From Pseudobacteriovorax sp. (GTDB taxonomy: Bacteria; Bdellovibrionota_B; Oligoflexia; Oligoflexales; Oligoflexaceae), in the NCBI GenBank assembly GCA_050293845.1, contig JBNKNM010000098.1:1-19503 (forward strand): a stretch of DNA of 19,503 nt. Direction: 5' to 3'. The position numbers and the translations under genes were made by a program. Position 1 is the first letter of the stretch; every line of letters begins with the position of its first letter. The notes under the pieces were generated by a model that worked only from the letters and a program-made list of their open reading frames with translations, did not search any database and was not told the DNA's origin. Shown piece after piece: positions 1-6,581 of this stretch.

Positions 1-149
1 TCTTGCGGATACAGGACGTGGAGCTACATCTAAGACGCGGCAAGCGAAAGCAACCCGTGCACGTAGCAGAGAAGCGTTAAAAAAGAAGAGAAAAGCGACG
101 AAAGCCGCTTAGTATTGGAAGCTCGGTCCTTTAGGGCCGAGTAGTTCAC
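1..149 (+). mobile_element. Right end of an IS200/IS605-family insertion sequence (partial; continues left of the window)
   Basis: GAAG (118-121) runs into an imperfect GC-rich hairpin GCTCGGTCC-TTTA-GGGCCGAGT (121-142), followed by AGTTCAC (143-149). This is the typical subterminal hairpin plus TCAC end of tnpB-carrying IS605-type elements, and it directly follows a basic ORF tail. Confidence 0.8.
2..112 (+). CDS. tnpB: C-terminal tail of a probable RNA-guided endonuclease TnpB (partial)
   Basis: Frame +2 is open from the window edge (LADTGRGATSKTRQAKATRARSREALKKKRKATKAA*) with the stop at 110-112, just before the IS right-end hairpin. K/R-rich tails in this position are typical of TnpB. 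No catalytic motif is visible in the window. Confidence 0.65.
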   Translation, partial: LADTGRGATSKTRQAKATRARSREALKKKRKATKAA

Positions 150-220
150 TAATTCACTTGATGAACTTAATGTCATTAGAAAACTTTTCAGTGGTGTTAC
201 TACCCTATATCACTCAAAAA

Positions 221-1132
221 CTAGATTTCAATATTTATAGCTATACCAACTTGTCTTGATTGATACCCATAATAATAGCTGATACCTAAGCCATAACCCG
301 ACATCTTGACTCCACACAGAGCACTTACGCCAAAATCAAAGGACTCCTCACTCTGATTACTGGTGACTCCCGACAATAAGGAAGATTCGCAGTAGAGGTA
401 ACTGTCTTCGTATTTGGGTATAGACCAAACATAACGTGCCCCAAGCTCAGCAAGTAGCAGGGTAAAGTCCCTGCGCTCGGTGCTTGTCAGTAGGGCGTAA
501 TTGCCACCGACAAACCAGCGCCAATTCACACGTTCCGGCAAGAAAAAAATCTTTCTCAACTTTAGATTCAGGTAGTCATGATTAAAGGAACCACCATCGA
601 TGTCAGCATAGCCTGTCTCTAATTGAAAGTCTAAACCACGCGCTGAACGCTTTGCTAGAACTAACTCACGTTTAATCTCGATTTCTGTTTTTACAACTGG
701 AGTTTCTTCTTTATCACCTTCATTGTGGGGTTGCACCACAATGAAAATCCTAGCTTGACGCCCAAACCGAGGGTTTTGACCACCGCCAAATACGTGAACG
801 TTATCGACGATTTTTAAGGATTTTTTGATAGCATCTCCTATCACTTTAGCCCGTCGGTTGGACAACTCAAGGTTATAGTTAGCACTGCCAGAGGTTGTGG
901 CTGTGGCTACTACGTGAACGTAGGTAATATGCTCTGGGTCAATATTGTTTATACATTCTTCCACCCTTTCCTGGCGAAAGACAATACTATTGTGAGGGAA
1001 CAGTATGTTGCAGCTATAAACTAATGTCTTTTGTTGATCTCTATTACCCGTATGGCTATCCTGACTGTGACCTTTAGCAAGACTTAGAGTTGACAAGGAT
1101 AGTACAAATAGTTGAAGTAAAATATTTTTCAT
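221..1132 (-). CDS. Exported protein with N-terminal OmpA-like peptidoglycan-binding domain and C-terminal putative outer-membrane beta-barrel
   Basis: Start is more likely ATG 1132 (MKNILLQLFVLSLSTLSLA signal peptide; ATGA overlap with the upstream stop) than 1150. OmpA-C motifs ILFPHNS and GSANYNLELSNRRAKVI. The C-terminal half has alternating amphipathic, Gly/aromatic-rich strands (LGARYVW, LGISYYYG, VGIAINIEI). Confidence 0.75.
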   Translation of the reverse strand: MKNILLQLFVLSLSTLSLAKGHSQDSHTGNRDQQKTLVYSCNILFPHNSIVFRQERVEECINNIDPEHITYVHVVATATTSGSANYNLELSNRRAKVIGDAIKKSLKIVDNVHVFGGGQNPRFGRQARIFIVVQPHNEGDKEETPVVKTEIEIKRELVLAKRSARGLDFQLETGYADIDGGSFNHDYLNLKLRKIFFLPERVNWRWFVGGNYALLTSTERRDFTLLLAELGARYVWSIPKYEDSYLYCESSLLSGVTSNQSEESFDFGVSALCGVKMSGYGLGISYYYGYQSRQVGIAINIEI

Positions 1133-1404
1133 TTCTGTCTCTTTAAGCAATACTTAATCGTGTTCCCATTTTTGTTGATCAAACCCGATAGTTCCCAACC
1201 TTTTTTACCGTAGTGGTTCAAGGCATCCTCCCAAAGCTCTAAGGTAAGCTTCGGCATGGGAAAGCAGCGATACTCCCACACTGTTAGGTCGAACATACCG
1301 GGGCCCGGAACTGCACTAACATGAGGGGGATCTGGGTAGGGATTTTTCCTTGTTAAACAACCGGGACAGAGTAAGCAAATCAAGCCAAAGAATGTGATTT
1401 TCAT
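1129..1404 (-). CDS. Small DUF4177-like lipoprotein
   Basis: Signal peptide ending in a lipobox-like CPGC(16), a Pro-rich linker, then the WEYRCF...ALNHYGKKGWELSG...YCLKR pattern of DUF4177. Overlaps both neighbours (TAATG, ATGA). Confidence 0.75.
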   Translation of the reverse strand: MKITFFGLICLLCPGCLTRKNPYPDPPHVSAVPGPGMFDLTVWEYRCFPMPKLTLELWEDALNHYGKKGWELSGLINKNGNTIKYCLKRQK

Positions 1405-2084
1405 TAAAAAACCTTTATGACGACCCTACGATTTTTTTTCTGATTTTCCTCGATGGGTTTATCATCTTCGTCCGTATTAGGAGCTATGGGTCGGTAGCTG
1501 CCGTAACCTTGTAACGAAATTCTTTTTCCGGGAAAGCCTGAATTAATAATTTCTTGAACTACTGCTAAAGCCCTCGCCGATGACAGTTCCCAGTTATTCC
1601 TAAACTGATAGCTACGAATGGGAACATTGTCAGTATGTCCTTCCACTACAATTTGAGCATATTCCGGTACAGCATGAAGAAGTGCAATGATTTTTCTAAC
1701 CAAAGGGATATTTTCCTGAATAAGATCAGCTTTTCCTGAAGAAAACAGTAAAGATTCATGGAAAATAAGTTTTACGGCATCATCTGTTAGATCGACGGAT
1801 ACCTTCTTGTCTAGTCCGGCAACTTTAATCTCATTTTTGAGATTTTCAGATAAGGTCACGAGATCGACCTCACCCTCAAGATCTCGACCAGATACCGAGT
1901 TCTTGATCTGCTCAAATTTTATTTGACTTACTTTCGATGCTGACATCAACAGAATGAAGAAAACTAGCAGTAAGCTCATAAGATCGCCGAAACTAGTCAA
2001 CCATCCTTCGTTTGATGAGGAATCATCATCGAAATATGTTTCTTGATCCCCTTCGAAATCAAAACGTTCGGATAAATTATGCAC
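1404..2084 (-). CDS. motB: MotB/PomB-family stator subunit (TM with ion-binding Asp, plug helix, OmpA-like domain)
   Basis: WLTSFGD(34)LMSLLLVFFILL transmembrane motif, plug-like KFEQIKNSV, LLFSSGKADL, VEGHTDNVPI, NWELSSARA, NRRVVIKV. Confidence 0.93.
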   Translation of the reverse strand: MHNLSERFDFEGDQETYFDDDSSSNEGWLTSFGDLMSLLLVFFILLMSASKVSQIKFEQIKNSVSGRDLEGEVDLVTLSENLKNEIKVAGLDKKVSVDLTDDAVKLIFHESLLFSSGKADLIQENIPLVRKIIALLHAVPEYAQIVVEGHTDNVPIRSYQFRNNWELSSARALAVVQEIINSGFPGKRISLQGYGSYRPIAPNTDEDDKPIEENQKKNRRVVIKVF

Positions 2085-2856
2085 CTTTAGTTTCCTTTAC
2101 ATTTCTGGTCGACTCCAGGTAAAAAGCTGGTTTTTTATTCTCAATCATATAAAGCCAGAGTAAAGCCTGCTGAAAATTTTTCAAACGCTCAACCTTTAAG
2201 TTTTCAATTTTAGCGACCAAGGGACTAATCATAACTTGTGAAACAAATATTCCATATAGAGTTGTTAACAAGGCAAGGGACATGTTCGGCCCAATACTGG
2301 AAAAGTCGGTAAGGTTACCCAATAACTTCACTAAGCCCAAGATAGTTCCAAACATTCCAAACGATGGCGCTAAGGTTGTCAGTTTTCTTAAGACATTGAT
2401 TTGTACAGCTAAGTCGGCTTCCATTCGCTTTTTCCGGAGTGAAACGATCATTTGGATGTCTGGCAAGCCCACCCTAGCATCTAGTTTGTCAGCGATCATG
2501 CGCCATGTACTTGTGAATTGGCTATCAGAGCGCAAAGCTTCAGCTAGATTTTTAGGGCCTTTACGATAATACATATCAGTCATATCAGAAAGCTTGCCTT
2601 CTATTTTATGGACTTTCTGTCTAACCTGAGTTGCTGATCTTGTCGTAATATTTTTTACTAGATCGCAGATTACACCAATAGGAGTTGTGCAAAGAGCAAT
2701 GCCAACTACTCCTCCCCAAACAACCAAGAATGAAGGGAAATGCAGGAAATAAGCAACTGGTTTAACATTATCTAAAACGAAAACTCCTAGGAAGAGTGAC
2801 GCTAAAATTGTTCCCATGCCCATCATGGAAAGTAGCATCTGAGCTATACTATTCAT
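2077..2856 (-). CDS. motA: MotA/PomA-family stator subunit
   Basis: 259 aa with a 4-TM layout; HFPSFLVVWGG (TM2) and APSFGMFGTILGLV...IGPNMSLALLTTLYG (TM3-TM4); directly upstream of motB with an 8-nt overlap. Confidence 0.92.
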   Translation of the reverse strand: MNSIAQMLLSMMGMGTILASLFLGVFVLDNVKPVAYFLHFPSFLVVWGGVVGIALCTTPIGVICDLVKNITTRSATQVRQKVHKIEGKLSDMTDMYYRKGPKNLAEALRSDSQFTSTWRMIADKLDARVGLPDIQMIVSLRKKRMEADLAVQINVLRKLTTLAPSFGMFGTILGLVKLLGNLTDFSSIGPNMSLALLTTLYGIFVSQVMISPLVAKIENLKVERLKNFQQALLWLYMIENKKPAFYLESTRNVKETKGA

Positions 2857-4532
2857 GGTTTATATCCTTTCACTGCTTTGTTTCGAAATTTTTTAAGTAA
2901 GGTAATCTGCGCCTCGGCCTTTTCCTTGCCACTCGCCTTGTAGGTGTTTAATAAACTATTAATCAGTGATCTACGGACATTTGTAAGACGGTCAACAATA
3001 GTCCCTTCAAACTCTGGGTAGGACTGGATCAAGGATACAATCTGGCTATTTTCCAGATCTTCAAGAAGTGAACCGACTTGTTCTTCCTTCTCCATAAAAA
3101 GCTCTTTGCAACCAATTTTATAAGCGTCTAGCTCTGCTAGCTGAACTCCTAATTCATTTAGCTTTAAGACTGTGTTTTTAGCTTCAAGATCATTATCCAA
3201 TAGCGATCTAATTCTATTTTCCGGTAATGACAGATCTTTGTTATGAAGTGAAGACTTCTCTAGGTCGTATTTTTCTTTTAGTACTTTTTCACAATCATCC
3301 AATTGAGATTCGCTTACTGCATTTTCATAGAGGCAAGCCATCATTTTGGCTTTATCATCCGAAGTAGCTTGTTTTAGCATTTGTTGCATCTGTACATTAC
3401 TAACATAATCGCCGAGCACGGCAAGGAAAAGCCCTTTATTTTCTGCTGGTATAAGCCTAAAAATCGCTTCTCCAGCAAGCAGCCCAAGAAAGCCGAAACG
3501 TTGACCACTTTGGGCTTTGTAAATTTTCTTGAAATGCTCGACCTCCGTCGCTAAGTCACGAAGAGTCCGGTGGGCATTTTCTTCTGTCATATCGCTAGAA
3601 TCTTCAGACTTCATCAGATCTTCTTCTTCGAATTTTAGATTGCGAGCAATCATCGAACGATTCTTTTCCGTACTAATAGATTTATACAAGGCACAGGCTT
3701 GCTCCTTATTCAAACCTTTGAGAAATTCATTACCAAGTAAGGGGAATTCGCTCATGAATTCTAGTATCACAGCTACATAGCCTGGCACCGCATAGCTTTG
3801 GTCTTCAGAAGAGTCCTTATTGTCATTTTCCGAATGATCAGTATGGTCAGTTTTCAACTTTTTACCTATACGCGCCAAATCTTTTAACATATTTCCGACG
3901 ATAAAAACTACTGCTAGCATCGCTAGAAAGAGTCCTAAGCCTAGCACCAGGCTTGAGAAATTTTCTTCGATGAAGTCGATAAACAAGTTAGATGTCTGCA
4001 CTGTCTTCTCTTGGTTAGGATAGAGATGTTCAACCCGACTCACGACAATTTCCGGAATCTGATCAATACGACTTTGAACTCTTTCCGTGATTAGTTCCTT
4101 AGCCATAGTTTCCATCTCTTGAGAGATATTTTGGCGTAAAAACAACCTGAGTTTCGCTGCCGAGATAATGAGTTTATCCTCGAACTTAAATGTTTCTTCA
4201 CTATCTATATTCTTCTTAGCATCAGCCTCAGGTAGAGTAGGTTTGTTTTGAAAGCCTGGTAAAGCTGGTGGCTCCTCAATTTCCTTAAGTTCGGACTTTT
4301 GCTCTTTAGAACCAACCGAGACAGGGATTTTAGTTCGTTCTACCCGACTGAATACCGAGATCATTAAATTAAAATCTTCTTTTCGCAGAATACTTTCTAA
4401 GTGCGTATTCAGCTCTCTTTCTAAATCAGACTCTAAACTTTTGACTCGGTCTACTTTGTTGGTGAGAGCTACCGAGAAAATAAAAGATAAGAGAATAAGT
4501 ATATACTTAGCCATTCTTCTTTGTTTCTCCAT
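2853..4532 (-). CDS. Membrane protein with FliF-like periplasmic part and FliG-like cytoplasmic part (putative FliF-FliG rotor fusion)
   Basis: N-terminal signal/anchor (alternative start ATG 4514). Periplasmic ESDLERELNTHLESILRKEDFNLMISV...ISAAKLRLFL...AKELI resembles FliF RBM3. TM at ~aa 193-215. RFGFLGLLAGEAIFRLIPAENKGLFLAVLGDYV resembles FliG-M. KELFMEKEEQVGSLLEDLENSQIVSLI...AEAQITLLKKFR resembles FliG-C. ATGA-coupled to motA. The ORF is certain; the homology is manual and remote. Confidence 0.65.
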   Translation of the reverse strand: MEKQRRMAKYILILLSFIFSVALTNKVDRVKSLESDLERELNTHLESILRKEDFNLMISVFSRVERTKIPVSVGSKEQKSELKEIEEPPALPGFQNKPTLPEADAKKNIDSEETFKFEDKLIISAAKLRLFLRQNISQEMETMAKELITERVQSRIDQIPEIVVSRVEHLYPNQEKTVQTSNLFIDFIEENFSSLVLGLGLFLAMLAVVFIVGNMLKDLARIGKKLKTDHTDHSENDNKDSSEDQSYAVPGYVAVILEFMSEFPLLGNEFLKGLNKEQACALYKSISTEKNRSMIARNLKFEEEDLMKSEDSSDMTEENAHRTLRDLATEVEHFKKIYKAQSGQRFGFLGLLAGEAIFRLIPAENKGLFLAVLGDYVSNVQMQQMLKQATSDDKAKMMACLYENAVSESQLDDCEKVLKEKYDLEKSSLHNKDLSLPENRIRSLLDNDLEAKNTVLKLNELGVQLAELDAYKIGCKELFMEKEEQVGSLLEDLENSQIVSLIQSYPEFEGTIVDRLTNVRRSLINSLLNTYKASGKEKAEAQITLLKKFRNKAVKGYKP

Positions 4533-5106
4533 CTTTTGCTTCGACTTTGCCTTGCTTTACAGCTGTCGGTTCTATAGTGGCTTTTTCCTCTGTTTCACTA
4601 TATTTTACTATTAATGTAGCCAGTTCAGGTTGCTTAGGTTTGATTTGTAGGGAATACTTCCAATGTTCAACAGCTAATTCTTTAGCCCCAGTAACAAAAA
4701 GGATCGAACCTTTCATATTGATAAGTTTGGTATTCCACGGATCTATTCTTTGGGCTTTTTCAACTAGCTTCCATGCTTTCTCGAAGTCCTTTTTTTGATA
4801 GGAAAGCTCTGCTGAGTACAGCAATCGATGAAGCTTAGTTTTTTCCGCTAGCGTTAAAGCTCGTTTTAAGATTTTTTTATCTGTTTTGATAAATGCTCTT
4901 TCATGAACCTTGATATTGTAGCTTTCTTCATTTTTCAAAGCTTCTTTCAGCTTAATTTTCTGAATCCCTGCATCAGTCTCAAGAACGATGTAATCACCAT
5001 CTTCATAGACAGATTCTACGGTGACTTCTTTCAAAACTTCTTCACTAGCCGATAATTGGAAGCTCAATAAGGTGGATAGTACTATAATGGACAATACCCG
5101 ATGCAT
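4507..5106 (-). CDS. Exported tetratricopeptide repeat (TPR) protein
   Basis: Signal peptide MHRVLSIIVLSTLLSFQLSA; two TPR-like repeats (AELSYQKKDFEKAWKLVEKAQRIDP; GSILFVTGAKELAVEHWKYSLQIKP); AAGGGA RBS upstream. Confidence 0.85.
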   Translation of the reverse strand: MHRVLSIIVLSTLLSFQLSASEEVLKEVTVESVYEDGDYIVLETDAGIQKIKLKEALKNEESYNIKVHERAFIKTDKKILKRALTLAEKTKLHRLLYSAELSYQKKDFEKAWKLVEKAQRIDPWNTKLINMKGSILFVTGAKELAVEHWKYSLQIKPKQPELATLIVKYSETEEKATIEPTAVKQGKVEAKDGETKKNG

Positions 5107-5117
5107 AACGTTCCCTT

Positions 5118-6179
5118 CTAGAATGTAAAATCTACGCCAATACCAAACATCAAGTGTGCGGGTATAGCCTCGTCACTATCAAAATACCCAGATTCTGGGT
5201 CCTTATCACTACCCCCAACAACACCATCGTTCTTAGGCTCAGACATGAAAACGTGCACTCTTTCTGTTATACCCAGGTAAAGAGCACTCCCGAACCTAAA
5301 CTTCATACCTGCTTGCAGCTGAATTTGTGTATCGCCATTAAAATCGGTCACACCAAATTCCAATGGGTAGATCAATGTCACATATTTCCAATGCTTACCC
5401 GAAATTTCGTTGTAGTTCAAATCGGTATAGAAGCCAAAGGTGGTTTGGCTCGGCAACCCATTCAATGCCCCCATATAAGTTGCGCTAACACCGACATCAC
5501 CTAGGCCCACTAAGCGCTGGCCCATGGTCAAGCGGCCTCCCATAGGGGCGGGCAAGTCACTTTCATGAAAAATCATAGACTGAATACTTATACCCATAAC
5601 AAATCCGGACCGCGCTGGCCCTTGATTCAAGATTTTGTACTCTCTCGAGTACACCAACTTTTGGTCTTCTATAGAATACGCTCCCACCTGCATGATGATT
5701 TCATCGTCAGAACTATCAAGGTGAACGGTGAGATAGCCATCCACACCAAGCCTTTTGAGGGCATCGAGCATCTCAGAGTTATCAACAAAGCCTTTGCGAA
5801 TATAAATATCGCGGCCGTCAGTCAAAGCCCGTGGCTTAAAGCAGCCAACGCACCTCATGAAGGTCAGGGTTTTTTTATTTTTTGAATCTTTCTTTTCAAA
5901 AATTGTGCTTTGTTCGATGCGATTGACCAGGTACTCCCTAAGATGACTGGGAAAACTCTTACTCTGTGAGTAGCGAGCCAACGTCACTTTCGGAAGCTTT
6001 GCCGCAATGGCTCCTATATCAGCTGTGAACAGGGATGTCAATTCGGCTATGGCCGCATAACTTTTCGACCTAGATATCTTACTAAGGTCATTATCACTTG
6101 CTGCGATCACAGTGATTGGGCTAGCTAGTAGTAGGCTTAAAAAAGCAGGAAATAATATCTGCAGAATTTTGGCTTTCAA
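5118..6179 (-). CDS. Putative outer-membrane protein: periplasmic TolB-N/CsgG/FlgO-like alpha/beta domain plus C-terminal beta-barrel
   Basis: TTG start with GGAG 7 nt upstream; signal peptide; CxxC (CVGC); LGVDGYLTVHL...VGAYSIEDQKLVYS pattern; amphipathic strands ending in a BAM-type beta-signal MFGIGVDFTF. Confidence 0.6.
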   Translation of the reverse strand: MKAKILQILFPAFLSLLLASPITVIAASDNDLSKISRSKSYAAIAELTSLFTADIGAIAAKLPKVTLARYSQSKSFPSHLREYLVNRIEQSTIFEKKDSKNKKTLTFMRCVGCFKPRALTDGRDIYIRKGFVDNSEMLDALKRLGVDGYLTVHLDSSDDEIIMQVGAYSIEDQKLVYSREYKILNQGPARSGFVMGISIQSMIFHESDLPAPMGGRLTMGQRLVGLGDVGVSATYMGALNGLPSQTTFGFYTDLNYNEISGKHWKYVTLIYPLEFGVTDFNGDTQIQLQAGMKFRFGSALYLGITERVHVFMSEPKNDGVVGGSDKDPESGYFDSDEAIPAHLMFGIGVDFTF

Positions 6180-6305
6180 TTTTCATCTCCACATTAACCA
6201 TGTCAGTCTCAACTTGGAACCACATCTGCCACAGATATTGCAACAGCCATTCCAATTAGTCGAAAAAAAGTTCCCGACAGACTTGTTACAAATGCCATTA
6301 AATAA

Positions 6306-6322
6306 TAACTAGATACTAGTTA
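6306..6322. promoter_or_regulatory. Perfect 7-bp inverted repeat, candidate regulator-binding site in the divergent intergenic region
   Basis: TAACTAG-ATA-CTAGTTA, ~125 bp upstream of the minus-strand operon and ~190 bp upstream of the sigma54 motif. Confidence 0.3.
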
Positions 6323-6513
6323 ATCTAAGCAGGGGTGACGGTCCAAGGCTGAAGAATTAGAGCAAAGGCATTAACAAATTTTTTTCAGATGTCTAACGCA
6401 ATATAACCACTTGGTAAGAGTCTTGACATTGGGCCTCCCATGATTCTGAAATTTGGATTCATAGGTATACGATAAGGACCACAGAGAGGGCAGCCTCCTG
6501 GCCCAGAGGACTT

Positions 6514-6530
6514 TCGGCATGAAATTTGCT
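6514..6530 (+). promoter_or_regulatory. Sigma54 (RpoN)-type -24/-12 promoter
   Basis: TCGGCATGAAATTTGCT: GG (6516-17)-N10-GC (6528-29), close to the TGGCAC-N5-TTGCW consensus, ~50 nt upstream of ATG 6582. Confidence 0.65.
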
Positions 6531-6581
6531 TCAGATGTGCTAGCCGAACTGCTGCATCCTCACTGCTGAAATGGAAGCTAC

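Noticed and set aside
121..142. Hairpin as a simple rho-independent terminator
   Set aside because: It has no U-tract, and the GAAG...hairpin...TTCAC context fits an IS200/IS605 right end better.
1404..2856. MotAB pair as Zorya ZorAB, given the Wadjet-like genes nearby
   Set aside because: MotA is 259 aa with a flagellar-type 4-TM layout and no long ZorA tail; there are no zorC/D/E-like genes; the neighbours are envelope proteins.
1404..2856. ExbBD/TolQR/AglRQS-type motor
   Set aside because: The B subunit has the MotB W-x-x-x-F-x-D motif, a plug and an OmpA-like domain rather than an ExbD/TolR domain; no TonB/TolA-like partner is present.
221..6179. Ordinary flagellar gene cluster
   Set aside because: The operon is fully bounded here and has no export, rod, hook, filament, FliM/N or chemotaxis genes; canonical FliG has no signal peptide or TM.
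2282..6312. Short plus-strand ORFs (2282, 3529, 4547, 5154, 5565, 6112)
   Set aside because: They are antisense shadows of well-supported coupled genes, or lack an RBS or recognisable motif.
6423..6450. Sigma70 promoter at TTGACA
   Set aside because: There is no acceptable -10 hexamer at 16-18 nt spacing.
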